From Octopus sinensis (Eukaryota): a stretch of DNA of 64,000 nucleotides. Below, one piece after another: positions 48,901 through 61,869 of this stretch; the stretch's first letter is position 1; each line of letters opens with the position of its first letter. The stretch spans positions 77,562,001-77,626,000 of the forward strand of contig NC_043008.1 of the NCBI RefSeq assembly GCF_006345805.1. Reading direction: 5' to 3'. The notes below the pieces were generated by a model. That model saw only the letters and a list, made by a program, of their open reading frames with translations, searched no databases and was not told where the DNA came from. The position numbers were made by a program, and so were the translations under genes.

Positions 48901-49038
48901 ACATCTTATACACAAAGTAATCGTTTGTTCGGCAGTAAGATCTTCAAAATTGAAATGTTTCTCAATCGGTTGTCTACAATTGCATTCTGTTCGTTCTCCT
49001 TGTACAGTGCTGTACCCTCATGAACGATTGATGCTTAT
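48857..49038 (+). CDS. Candidate first coding exon; N-terminus resembles a mitochondrial targeting peptide
   Basis: ATG in a YY1-like context; open for 61 codons, MALARGARCWNSVTTHLIHKVIVCSAVRSSKLKCFSIGCLQLHSVRS..., basic/Ser-rich with no acidic residue in the first ~55 aa; possible donors at 48917 (gtaatc), 48935 (gtaaga) and 49039 (gtaatc). No homolog recognised. Confidence 0.35.
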
Positions 49039-49147
49039 GTAATCACTTCAGAAGGATTTGCCTTTCTGCATAGCTAAAGAGCTGTCTTGTCGCAGATACA
49101 ACTAAATGTCCTTGATATTCGTCGGTGAGAAAATATACGCGTATAGA

Positions 49148-49253
49148 GGCGCAGGCGTGGCTGTGGGGTGCGAAGCTTACCTCCCAACCATATGGTTTCG
49201 GGTTCAATCCCAACTACGCGGCACCTTGGGCAAGTGTCTGCTACTATAAAACT

Positions 49254-49288
<35 letters not shown>

Positions 49289-49500
49289 CGTGTGTGTTTG
49301 TGTGTGTTTGTGTGTGTGTGTGCGCGCATGTCTCTGCGTCTGTGTTTATATCCCTGCAACTTAGGGGTTCGGCAAATGAGATTGATAGAGTAAATATTAA
49401 GCCTTAAAACCGAAGTACTGAGGTTGATTCGTTCCACTAAAGTTCTTCAAAGTAGTGCCCCAGCATAACTGCAGTCTAATGACAAGAAGAAGAAAGACAA
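49148..49500 (+). mobile_element. tRNA-derived SINE (family S1)
   Basis: Same head, internal (TG)n, body and tail as 28858-29255. Confidence 0.82.
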
Positions 49501-50019
49501 AAGAGAATCATTATCTCCATTATTATCTCACCAAGACATCAGAGCAATTATTGATTTCTAATTAGTTGTTAAGCCTCACCAGTGAAGAGATACCCTGATT
49601 AAATGAATTAAGATATGATTATCTTGTAGATATAGATATAGATACTATTATGGGTGTAAATTTTTAAACCGGTCTAAAGACAGGTATTAGATTCTGTTCT
49701 TTTCATATCCCGTAACTTAGCTCTTCAGAAAACAGGGATGTACTCCAATATCGCCGAAGCTCAATGTTTCAAACCAGCAAAAGAATAAACTGTACAACAC
49801 ATTTCTATAAACTGTGTTGTGGAGTTTTGTCAACAGACAAATACCTAGCCTTTAAAATATATAGGTGAATTTGTGAATTACTGCTATTATTTTATCATGC
49901 ATCTTATATGTAAAATCAACTTCAAAAGAACTAAAGTCCCTTCCGCTAGGTACCAAACAGGAAATATTTTCTCTGCGGTTTTCAATATTTTTCAATATAT
50001 TCGACTAAAAATGAATCCT

Positions 50020-50075
50020 TTAAGGCAGTGCTCCAGCATGGACGCAGTCAAATGACTGAAACAAATAAAAGAATC
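50020..50075 (+). mobile_element. SINE S1 3' tail fragment
   Basis: aaggcagtgctccagcatggacgcagtcaaatgactgaaacaaataaaagaat. Confidence 0.7.
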
Positions 50076-50088
50076 ATTAAGTAAACAG

Positions 50089-50161
50089 TAATTGTTGAAT
50101 CTCTGCTCGATTTTGCAAAAACAGGCTCTGCACTAAAGCAGAAGATTCCAGGCTATAAATG
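50089..50161 (+). CDS. Candidate internal exon of an unidentified gene
   Basis: AG acceptor at 50087-88 (or 50123-24), strong G|GTGAGT donor, open frame IVESLLDFAKTGSALKQKIPGYK; polypyrimidine tract weak. Confidence 0.25.
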
Positions 50162-50801
50162 GTGAGTCATTGCTACAAATACAATGCAATGACGATGGGT
50201 TCTATGCAATAGCAATTGATCTCTTTATTCAATAACCATATTTATGGATAAATAAAAAGCTGTATTTTATCCTAACTATAGTATTCTATATATAACAATA
50301 TTAAACTAAGAAATAATATCGAGATTTAAGCAAGTATCATGTTGGATGGTCGATGAAACTTTGTAAAGAACTTGCAAAATAACCTTCATAGATAGTTACT
50401 GCATTATTTACATTCGTCACACTTATAGAGTTGTATGAAATAAAAACATTTCAAAAATATTATTATCTACTGAGGAATTTTCTTTCAATTTGTTTGCATT
50501 TCTTTGTCGTTCACTGGAAAGATAAGCAGAAGAAACGATAACTATGTTATATGATAGAATAAAAAAACAGTATTTCTAAAACAACTGGAGAAATTATCCA
50601 AATGCAAAATTATGGAAATAGAGATAACCCTATACAAGATACAGAAAATAGTATTATTAGGTAACGCACACATTACTTGAACTTTCAATTCAAAGAAAAC
50701 AAGAAAGTCAAAACACTGTACATAGCTACGATACAGAGATCTGAGCTCGCATGTGCAGGAAAATTTATATAAATATATATATCTGTCACGTGCGCGCACG
50801 C

Positions 50802-50838
<37 letters not shown>

Positions 50839-51189
50839 TATATGCATACCACTTTGCAGCTGTTCTGAGTCCCCTTTTAGATAATAACATACCAACCCAT
50901 CCTGTCTGTATATGAAATTATATGACTGTCTCTGATAGACGCTGACCCCCTTTAACAAAATTACCTCTACATTCCTGATTTTGGGATAGAAAGATGAATC
51001 TTGACAAAATACTTACTAAAGTAGAGCATGTGAGCAAACAATCAGTGAAGTATGGTAATCGAGGTGTTGGCATGCATCACTAAACATGGATGACACTAGA
51101 ATTGTGCTTCGTCACACACCAATATACATATTTACACAGACACATATACAGTTAGGTAGATAAACATACATACGTACATAATGACGCTG

Positions 51190-53008
51190 TCAATATCGGA
51201 CGTGCAGGTGTAGAGGATCGTTTAAAAAGTTCGTTTAGAACGCCTTCCTCTAGAAATATGCCGATTTCTCCTGCCTAAATCGATAACTGGTATATTTCTA
51301 CAATAATTAAGAGAAACACCTTTTACTGACCAACGTAGCGTTATCTTCAACAGATTTTGAAATATACATCTACACCACGTGGAATCTCTGTAACACGATT
51401 ATGGATGAAACTAACACTATCACAGATGAAACTAACAACGTTACAGATGAAACCACCACTGATGTAAACAGAACTACTTTACCAGTAAGCTATTTAATAA
51501 GACGTATGTACTCTTCTCATTTTACTTGGACTCAACAACTAAACCAAGATTTACTTCGATGCTTTGACAAAGCCCGAGATGACCCTTCAATCGGATATAT
51601 GAAGCAGTTAAAACAATACTGGGACGAAGTTCATCCCAACTTAAATATCTTCACGGCGAAACAGCTCCGACAACAAGCATCTTTTGTAAAAAAAAACACA
51701 AATCAACTGGTCTTTGATCTTCCCTAAACACCGAGAATGGGCCAAAAATCTGACAGAAGCGGCGTAAAAAAATTATGTAAACAAACCACCGCCCCCGCCA
51801 TCGCTAAATTCGAGTGTGTCTCCAAATTTAGCTGACTCAGTAGCGAAGACTGCAGAATACATTCAACTTAAAAACGTTTTAAAATTACAATTCGCAAAAT
51901 CATTTGCTACTTTCTCGAAGCTTTTGTTGAGCAACACACCATTCCCAACAAGAGTGAGAAAAAATCCGACCGATCTAATGTTTAAAGTTATCAACGATGC
52001 CGCTGGAGAACACATGAAATCATGTGATGTCAATTACTGGAATATAAAATACTCTTATATACACAGCCGCTATTACTCTTAAAGAACACCTAGGCGAAAT
52101 CTACAGTGAACAAAGTAACGAAATTACTAAACAGAAACAACCTAGGTGGAAAACAAAACTTGAAGAAAACATCTACAACGTGCACCGCTATATCGGATGG
52201 TTAACTGCAACAATAAAACGAAAGGAGGAATATGAATTTACACCTCACCGACTCTACCTTAAACAAAAATTAAAGAAACTTGATTGAAACTCTTCACATC
52301 GAGCACTTGAGGGAAAACTAAACACTTTACAACATAAATTCAGGACGATGAGAGAGAAACTCCGCTATCGCATGCGAACTTTTAAACGAGCCAGTTTCAA
52401 TCACAAGTTTGCTTCCAACCCACAGGCATTATACAGAAAGATGAGGAAGGAAAATATTACCATTAAGAAAGCTCCCTCTCAAGAAGGTCTACAATCATTC
52501 TGGTAAAAAATTGGGAACGGCAAGTGGGATTTCAACATGCATATATCATGGTTAAATACAACTGAGAGAGAATACTGTACCAACACTAACAGTAAAACAT
52601 ACAAAATTGATGCAGAAGCATTCGCTATAGCAGTAGGCAAAATGCAGAATGGGAAGGCACCTGGAAGGGACCTATTGGTTCGATATTGGTACGAGAAGCT
52701 GAAATTTTATGGAGACCAATAGATATGTATGTTCAAAAGAACTACGGAAGGTCAGGCTGATATAACAAATTGGTTTGCTACAGCAAGGACAAATCTTGTT
52801 GCCAAAAATGAAATCACGGAGATGGCAGGAAACTACAGGCCCATTGCTTGCCTAAACATTATGTATAAACTATACATAAGTTGCCTCAACCAATTCCTCC
52901 AGAACCATTGTGAGTCGAACAGCATTAGGACTGATAAACAAGCTGGCTGAAAGAAGGGAGTGAGGGTATGTGCCGAACAACTTTTAATAAACAAAGCTGT
53001 ACTATCCT
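51190..53008 (+). mobile_element. 5' half of a decayed R4-like LINE (family E, CATA-associated)
   Basis: Preceded by catacatacgtacata (~51167-51182); N-terminal FTWTQQLNQDLLRCF...GYMKQLKQYWDEVHP...KQLRQQA; RT N-terminus MQNGKAPGRD, NYRPIACLNIMYKL, EQLLINK; abruptly replaced by Tc1 sequence. Confidence 0.82.
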
Positions 53009-53397
53009 ATGGTTGCGGAACTGTTTCCGGAGGGAAACGCAATCTTTCAGTATGATAATGCACCAATTCGCACAGTTACACACATTGTTACTGAATGGCA
53101 CGAGGAACTTTCTAGTGAAGTTGAAGATCATATGTGGCCGCCACAGTCGCCAGATTTCAATATTATTGAACATTTATGGTGCATTTTAGAAAAACTAGTA
53201 AGGAGTCGATATCCTCCACCATTATTACTACAAGAACTGGAGACTGTTTTAGCTGAATATGGACAAAATTTCCTTTGGAATCAATTCAAACTTTGTACGA
53301 GTCCATACCTCATAAGAATTCAAGCTGTCCTACCCCATTTTAAAATAAATTTGTTTGAAATTTTAAGGTGTTTCCATTATTTTGTCCAACCCCTGTA
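53009..53397 (+). mobile_element. 3' fragment of a Tc1-like transposon with its right TIR
   Basis: FQYDNAPIRT...WPPQSPDFNIIEHLW...RSRYPPP; TIR-like gtgtttccattattttgtccaacccctgta ending in TA at 53397. Confidence 0.88.
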
Positions 53398-53899
53398 CAT
53401 ATATAACATACATACGTTCTCTGTGTGTGCGTAATCAAATAGATTCCAAGGAGGCAGACGTTGTTCTGCGCCAGCATTACTTATATTATATAGTAAAATC
53501 AATATAAAGAGTAGAGTAAGCTTGCCGTATGGAGTGGAAAAATTCAATGTTTCGGATACTATCCTCTGTCAGTGGAAAAGTTGAAAGGAGAGAGATCAAT
53601 GAGAGAACAGAGTTTTACATCCTCTAAGTTGAAAAACTGGATGGAACTGAGACAAAACGCAAAACCATATGATCTTCGTTCGTGAACAAGAAGTGGTAGG
53701 AGAAACAGCGTGGAAAGTAAAGTACGACGAGTGCGTCGTAGGAGAATCATTGTGAAAACAAAAATCCGATAAGAGCGCATTACAGACACATCTGTACTCT
53801 AGGCGTAACAGCTGGGAACTGACACGGCCTACTGGCACGAAAATTTTCACGCATGCGCTTGAAGGATGGAGTCACCTCCTATTCAAAGGATTTTGCCTA

Positions 53900-54268
53900 C
53901 GTGGCATTAGTTTTTTTTTGAACGCACCTCGTTTATCTGATAGAAGGGTCTTCATGGGCTTTTTCATAACATCGAAGTAGACCTTCGTTTAGATGTAGAG
54001 CCCAAGTAAACCGAGAGGAGTACTTACGTCTTCTCAAATAGTTTATTGCTGCTTTCATCGATGATGTCAGCCATGACCCTGTTTTCACGTGAAATTTCAC
54101 TTGGAATAAGGTATAATCCGATCTGAGTAACACCACGTTGGTAAATAAAAGGTATTTCTCTTATTTATAATGGAAGAAATAAACCAGTTACTAATTTAGG
54201 GTTGAGTCAGCAAAGATGTTGAAGAAAACGTTGAAAGATATTTTTAAATATTCCCCTACACCTCCGTA
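53900..54268 (-). mobile_element. 5' end of a second family-E LINE
   Basis: 5' UTR homologous to 51190-51350 (ggtgtag...aagagaaa(t/c)acctttta...ccaacgt) and N-terminal YSSRFTWALHLNEGLLRCYEKAHEDPSI; preceded on its own strand by (CATA)-type repeats at 54270-54306. Confidence 0.75.
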
Positions 54269-54306
54269 CCTCTATGTATGTATGCATGCATGCATGTATG
54301 TATGCA

Positions 54307-55830
54307 TTTTTTAATTACTATAAATCTTCTACTGAAGAGTGAGCCGGTTTCCAACAAAAATACAAGGCTCCATCTTTGGGATGTAGTTAACACAGACAAA
54401 TTCACATTTGAAACTTGAGAAAAGTCTTGCATACTTTTACTATTCCACTCATAAATTCCCCTTGTAATGTACGAATTAGCCGGTCGATCTCTCTTTCTGG
54501 AAATCCCAGTTTATACAAATTCTCCTTTAAGCATTTACTAACAAAACCTAGTGCACCAATTATTAATGCTATGAATATGAATTCATAGTCTGGATATAGA
54601 AGCTGGAAGTTTCGCAGCAGTTGTCCATAAATATCCTCTTTTTCTTTGATATTCCAAAAATATTTATATCTACAGGACAGCTGACCTACATGATGGTACA
54701 TACCTTTGCCCCTCTGTCCCAAACAACAATATCCGGCCTGTTGCGTTTACATTTAACAGAAATTTTGATGGAAATATTCCAGCAGTATTCCTTGAGTTGG
54801 TGTTTATGAATGTATTCCATAACAGAGGGATTTTCTAAGTTTATTTCAGGACAGTCTTTTTTGCGGATGGCATTGTAAATTATTTTAGCAACAACATCGT
54901 GCCGCATAGGGAGGTAGTAAGGTGATGACATTTTAGGACAGCTGCTAATCACATGCTTGATGTCTTCCACAGAAACATGACGTAGCCTACACATGCAGTT
55001 GCACCTTGGGATTACAAGAGCGCCACTGTCTCACTAGTAACTTTATGGCAATCTCCTGTTCTTGGATTGCAAACGCATAGCCTTCAAAGTGTGATGTGAT
55101 GTAGGGGTCATGTGTCCAAGAGAGGCTGCGCTTCGTGTCAATTCTACTGTTTTCTTCAAACTTCCGGGCAACATACCCATGCATAATCTTTTTTGTTTTT
55201 GTATGCTTCCATCCAGGTTTTCTCCAGCTGTTTTGGGGTTGTATAGGAGATCATCAGGAAGAGTTTTTCTTGAGGAGTTCACTGACAGCTCGTACAATGT
55301 TGCTCACTTCCCTTTTCAGCACTGCATTTATATATTTTTTTTTGCTGCTGTTGTTTAGCAGGTGCTGCCTGAGTGATACCATACGGCGTTCGAAAGCCGT
55401 CTGCACTGATCTCAGGCCTCTACCACCTTCATTACTTCTTAGGTAGAGCTTGTCAACATCAGAGTTTCTGTGGAAGTTCCCAGTTGTTGTTAGGAGTTTG
55501 CGGGTTTTGATATCTATGGAGTGGATTTTTTCTACAGACCAATCAAGTATCCTAAATGTTGGGATCAGCACTGGTACTGCAAATGCATTGTGGGATATTG
55601 TTTTGTTGTAAGAGGAGAGTTCCGACTGCCATATTTTCCTAAGTTTGGTGTAATATTCTTGGGTCACCCTATCTTTATTCACAGTGCTTCCATATGATAC
55701 ATTTTCGTCTATGCCTAGATACTTGTAACATTCTTTGTGTGGAATGGGGGAGATAGAGATACCGCTGATGCACAGGTTTTGGGTTTGGGGGACTGACTTT
55801 CCACGTTCTATTAGTATTTATTTCATTGTG
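54307..55830 (-). mobile_element. 5'-truncated decayed family-E R4-like LINE
   Basis: YKYLGI, KLYLRSNEGGRGL, CRLRHVSVEDIKHVISSC, RNRPDIVVWD, ALIIGALG, VKVCKTFLKFQM*; 3' UTR ends in (CATA)-type repeats. Confidence 0.88.
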
Positions 55831-56491
55831 GTATTTATTTCGTCACAAGGCAGAGATTGTGGTTCATAAAGGGCTACGAGATAAATATCATTGGTTTTTA
55901 CATCGGTGCGATTCTAATTATCAGCACTTGCGTGCACACACACACGTACGCACACATGCATGCTCACACGCGCGCACCCCCACACACATACAAATACAGA
56001 GTCATGCACACAGCACACACGCTTACATATACAACATAGGCTCTAAACCAAAGCATTAATTTTTATTGAGCACTTTGCTAAATGATTATTGGAAAAATAT
56101 TTTCGCTCTGTTTGCACAGTATTTATTTGGGCATTCAATGTCACAAGTCCTTTTACATTTTGATATTAAATTTATTTTATTACTGATGTCTGAGAGAAGA
56201 AACTGTTACTAAAAGTATTTGGACAGAACTATGATTAATGAGTTACGATAAATTTCCGGTTTAAACTGCTACTGTTATTTAACCTTACATCAGCTTCGAT
56301 CGAGAAAACGTATAATACCTCCCATGATAGTTGCGCCTTTTAAACCTAGATAATCGAAAGACAATGTGATGTGACTTGAGGGAGATTTGGCAGATATTTC
56401 TTGTTCCTCGAGTGACAAGCTTCTTAGCTGGATTGTTAAAGCAAAAGTAGAAGTGATTACTAGAAGTGATTTCTGACACACATATATAAAT

Positions 56492-56527
<36 letters not shown>

Positions 56528-56533
56528 GTATAT

Positions 56534-56574
<41 letters not shown>

Positions 56575-56937
56575 ATGCATGTGTGTGCGCGCGCTTGTTT
56601 ATATCCACACCCGCATATACGTATGTATGTATGTATGTATGTATACATGTATGTATTTAAGTTTGTATACACATATTCTGGTCGACATCCCAAAGGGACG
56701 TGAACACATTGGAAACATCGTGGATATCACTGGCAAACAAATAGCATGAAGATATTTTAGCTTTTGCTAGTAACACCAGGAAAATTTTTCTGAGAAGAAA
56801 CAAGTGTGTGAGAGCTAGTGGTTCAGGGTGTGATAGAGGTGTATGATGAAGGGTTTGGTTAGAGTTGTGTGATGTTGCTTTTAGGTGCTGCTTTTGTAAT
56901 TTCTTCTCGCGTGATATGTTTATGTATGTATGTATGT

Positions 56938-57045
56938 CATTATTCAGTTTTATTTCAAGATTTCTTGCACCCCCCAAAAAAAAATCGGTTTCTAACCTAG
57001 ATCCAAGGCTCCTTCAGGGAAAATTTCATCAACAACAGGGTATTT
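56938..57045 (-). mobile_element. 3' UTR tip of a family-E-like LINE
   Basis: ggagccttgg...gttagaaaccg resembles ggagccttgt...gttggaaaccgg in the 3' UTR at ~54340-54370; (CATA)n on both sides. Confidence 0.6.
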
Positions 57046-57129
57046 TTGTATGTATGTATGTATGTATGTATGTATGTATGTATGTATGTGTGTGTATGTA
57101 TGTATGCATGTATGTATATATGAATGTAT

Positions 57130-58466
57130 GTACGCATGTGCGTATGTATGTATATGTGCAGATTTGTATATTTTGTTTTATGTATGTATTCTCATGCATA
57201 TAGCTGCATATCTAGACATGCTCATATATATTTAAATGATAAATTTCTGGAAAGTTTTACAGATTTTTACAGTTCCAGTGTTGAATTGGATTTGTAGTCT
57301 TCGAATTAGCTTTCTACTTTCTGGTTTTGAGAAGTCTAATTTCTCACGATTGATATTTAGGCAGTGTGTTAAACATCCCACGGCCCCAATAATTACATGT
57401 ATAAACCTGAACAGAGTTCTCAAAAGTTCAGCTTAGGTATTCTCTTTTTCACTGATCTTCAGCTTTATGTTAACATCCACTGGGCATAATTTTCACAACT
57501 GTACACGGTTTCTCTTCTTTATCTCAAATCATTATATCAGGTCAGTTATGCTTACATTTTATTGAAGTTTTCACTGAGACATTCCAGCAGTACTCCATTT
57601 TCATTATGAGTGGCTACGGCTTCTACCATATTGTGAGTTTTTATTTCTTCGTCCTCGGGATTATCCTTGCAACCGATTTCATTATAGAGTGTCCTAGCTA
57701 CAATGTAATGTCTCATCAATAGATAATAACGTGAGGAGATTTTAGGACAACTGACTTTTCCTACATCTCTATCCCTTTTGTGCATCAAGTATTTGGTTGA
57801 CATTTCCTGTTCCTGGATTGCAAACGCATACCCTTCAAAGTTGAAGGTAGTAATTTTGTTATTGGTACACGATAGACTGCTTTGATGTTCAATGTCACTA
57901 TCAACTCGGAACTTTCTACTAACATATCCATGTATAGTCTGCTGCTCATATATGTTCATCCCTTCATTTGATGATACGTTGCATTCGAGTCGTGCAATTT
58001 CTTTGGGCATGTATTTAAGGATATCAGACAAGGAATGTTGCTCAAGGAGCTACCTTCATGGAGAGGCCTTATGATGTTATCAGCCTCATGTATGTAAATT
58101 TGGTCAAGAGATGCACTTCGACACTTGGTGGTTAAAAGATGTTGCCGAAGGGATGTGATACGACATTCATAGTTATTTTGGATCAATGTTAAGCCTCTGC
58201 CGCCTTGTTTTCGGGTTAGTTAGAGGCGGTCTACGTCACTGCTTATGTGATAATTATGTGTGCTTGTTAGTATTTTCCAGGTTTTCACACCAATGGTTCG
58301 GATCTCATCAAGCGTTCAATAAAAGCAGCCCAAATGTTGGTATAAGTACTGGCACCACAAATACATGGTGGGCCATTGTTTTATTGAATGCAGAGAGATC
58401 TGAGGTCCAAATTTTCTTTATTCGGCTATAATATTCTTTAGTGACACGTGTTCTGTTACAGGTGCC
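57130..58466 (-). mobile_element. 5'-truncated, deleted family-E R4-like LINE flanked by (CATA)n
   Basis: RVTKEYYSRIKKIWTSDLSAFNK, FEGYAFAIQEQE, VIIGAVG, VKICKTFQKFII*; (TATG)n on + strand at 58467 onward and at 57049-57125. Confidence 0.85.
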
Positions 58467-58473
58467 ATGTATG

Positions 58474-58524
<51 letters not shown>

Positions 58525-58528
58525 GGGG

Positions 58529-58562
<34 letters not shown>

Positions 58563-59837
58563 AAAAGAGAGAGACATATGCACACATTTTTTTGCGAGAA
58601 TTTTGATCTGAAATATGTTTTCATTATATGATCAGAAAATCTTTTTTAATTGTTTCAAATTCTCCGACTGTGCATATTATGTATGCCTATTTGTGTAAAT
58701 AACACTGTGTAACACGATTTTTGTCCTCGGGTAGCAACTGTTATTTCCCATTTGCTTACCCCTATAAAATATGAAAAATGACTAATATAAATGGCTAACT
58801 TTGCTTTTGCTACATTTATTCCAACCCCAAAGAATACCTCTCAGTTCATGGCTATGATGCTCCTCCACTACTCCTGCTCATGATCAGTGATACACATATT
58901 GTCAGCCATTACGAGACGTGTTCAAGTGATTAAATTCAAGCAAAATTATGGTACAGAGCAGAATATTTGTTAAAATGATATTTCTACTTCAGCAACTCAG
59001 CACTGAATATATCTGACACGTAATGGAAAATAGGTCAGTTTCAAAACATCGATGTCCAGGTCACAAAAGTTTGAAGGGAATAGTACTCGTTTCCTTTGAT
59101 TTCTAGATAGAAGCAAATTGGAAATAACACTTACTGACCAAAGATAAAAAGAAAAGAAAGCGAAAAACTTTGTTACAAAGTATAATATAAACATTTAAGA
59201 TGTAAGTAAATTCAGAAGCACAATATAAGACGGCTAAATGTGGATAGGGACTTCTACGAGAATTGAACCATATTTCTGTTGAATACCGCTTAACGGCGAG
59301 ATGAAGGAGTGTACTGAAATACATAGGAATGTTACTAAGTAAAAAGCTGATTAACTGATTCAGTGTTGGTGTAGGGAATCGCTTGAGATAAGTGTAGCAC
59401 GATTGACATCTGTATACTCGCAGAGATCTCCGTCTAGCAAAATACTTTTGAAATTACCGTACATTGTATAGAATGAAGTAGTACCAATATTTTCCCGGAA
59501 AAAGCAATGGGCTGATCACATTAGGTTTTCGAATAAAGAAAAATGGGAAATATATTTTTCAATTATGAAATACTTGAAATACGGGATAAACATTTCAATT
59601 CCGTGTCATTTTAAAGGATTACGTTTAACGTGTCATATCTAACGTGCCACATTTTATTGAATCGCCTTCAACAAAATCTTATTAAAATATTTACAGACTG
59701 CAGAGGATCAACACTAGAGAGTTGATCTGATCCACCGGCACAATCCCGCCCACTTGTCAAGTGTTTTATAGGGGTGTTATGAAGGTGATAAAACACTCCG
59801 AACTCCACATTTTCTTGTGCCAGTTGTTACATTTTAG

Positions 59838-59930
59838 ACGTAGTTCTTATAAATGTAGGCCAAGAAGAATTCGAAGAAACTACAGATAATTCATGTGACG
59901 TGGTGCCACACAGATGCCTTGCAGTAATTG
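59838..59930 (+). CDS. Candidate internal exon (93 nt, symmetric phase 1)
   Basis: ttttag acceptor, G|gtaaat donor, open frame DVVLINVGQEEFEETTDNSCDVVPHRCLAVIG; no homolog recognised. Confidence 0.25.
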
Positions 59931-61133
59931 GTAAATTGAAGAAAAATACATATTTTCAGCTGGGGACTAGTTATTGCTACGACAATAATGTAAAATGTCT
60001 TTAAATATCTCTGTAAATATACATATATTTATGCATACAGACATACTTACACGTGCGCGCATAAGTTTACATACATTCATTTATAACTCTGCTTAAGAAA
60101 AATAGTTTTTGTTTGATAATTAGTGCGAGGAGAAAGTGAAGTAATCATCACAGGAAACATTCAATTTTTATCATATTATATTATATTATATTATATTATA
60201 TTATATTATATTATATTATATTATGTATCTATTAGCTCAGACTATTCATATATTTTTGTTTCGGTCTTTTGTCTTCATAAAACGAGACACATAGTTGTGG
60301 ATGGGCACTGTTTTAGAAAGACAGTTGTTCAATTAACCAATTAATATCTTCATAACTAATGTAAGTTAATTATTTAATTCAATTAATTCTTTTTAACATC
60401 AATTCACTTAACATGTTTCATAATAACTTTTACATTTAGAAATAACATATTTGATTAATTTTGCTAGTGTGGAAATGGCAGCAGGTTTTCTTAATTCTCT
60501 AATGTTTTCTTAAGACAGCATACTACATATTTTAATTCAAAGAACATTTTTAGAATACTGAGAGAACATAGAAATGTTTTTGATGTGTAGACCCTGATTT
60601 TATTAATAAAAAGTATTTTAAGTAGGCGGCAAGGAAGTGTTTCATTGTGGCGCTTTTATTTTTCTCTCCATATCAAACCTAATATTATTTTAAGTTGCGT
60701 GTGTGTAAAAAAAATCCTGGAAGGAATTCTAGCCTTACTCTTTGCAAAGCCTGCTGGATGTCCTTTTAAAGTAAACATTTTATCTTCCCCCAATAAGAAT
60801 TTGGAAGTAGTGCATATATATATTTGCGGGATTCAACTCTTTATGAAAATGAATACTTACATACGTGTATGCATGAGTGAATTTAGAACAAAAAGGTTAG
60901 TTGTCTATGTATCCATTGGGTTTTGTAGTTATCTAGGGGATTCTGTGGCTGCTAGTTCACTCATGTCACGTAGCATATGTTGCTTGGTCATAGCATATAT
61001 TGCTTGATAAATATGGATTTGGATTAATGGAAATGAGAAAAAATAGATTTCTTAAGAAAGATCCAAAACTGATAAACTGGCATGAAGAGAAACGGGAAGT
61101 TGTCAGTATTTGTCTATGCTTTAAATCTTAAAG

Positions 61134-61231
61134 CTGCAGGGAAGCAGCTACAAATTTGAATGGAAACCGTGTCGCTGACTTACCAAGCAGACAGAATAAT
61201 ATCAGTAAGGGACTGATTGATATATCCAAGG
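61134..61231 (+). CDS. Candidate internal exon
   Basis: ttaaag (or ctgcag) acceptor, strong G|GTAAGC donor, open frame CREAATNLNGNRVADLPSRQNNISKGLIDISK; no homolog recognised. Confidence 0.25.
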
Positions 61232-61869
61232 GTAAGCAGTAACAACATGAACAACACATATCCGTCTCTGTTTTAATGTCACGGCAACCTATTCTAACGC
61301 AATACCATTCCTTTTCATTGAAGTCGCTTTTACAAACACCTCCTCCCCATGTTTTGCAGCGAAAAACTAAGTAAATTTTGAACAAACAAACTTAATTTTC
61401 GCTGTAGATTTTTATCTATATTTTTAATGCTACTATGTCCTTATGAACCCATTATAGATATTTGCGCGGATTAGTGCTCCCAATGTTCAACTTTTATGGA
61501 AATTACTGAAGTAGATTTGCTATCTGGGGGTGATCTAATTGTGTGTGCCTATATTAACCATGGAATAAACAGAAGATCAGTGACAAAATACATTGGATAC
61601 ATTTCATAGGATAAAGTATCAGTCACCTTATCTCATCTCCACTACCCAGCACACTTTTAATGCAGGATCCTTTATTTAATAAACTCGGTTATATATAAAA
61701 CACATCTCACAACAAAAATGAATATCTTCATAACACTCTTTTAATTTCTTCCAACACTTCACTGATTCTAATTTTTCCAGAGGGGACTTTCTTGAAATAA
61801 CTTCCAGAAGGTGAAGGCTTTAGAAAGCTGGAATAAAACAAAATTTCCAGAGACTGTGGAACTGTTACA

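Noticed and set aside
53540-53580. Minus-strand ctgacaga-ggat-agt-atcc-gaaac as a hammerhead
   Set aside because: Core has an insertion and stem I does not pair.
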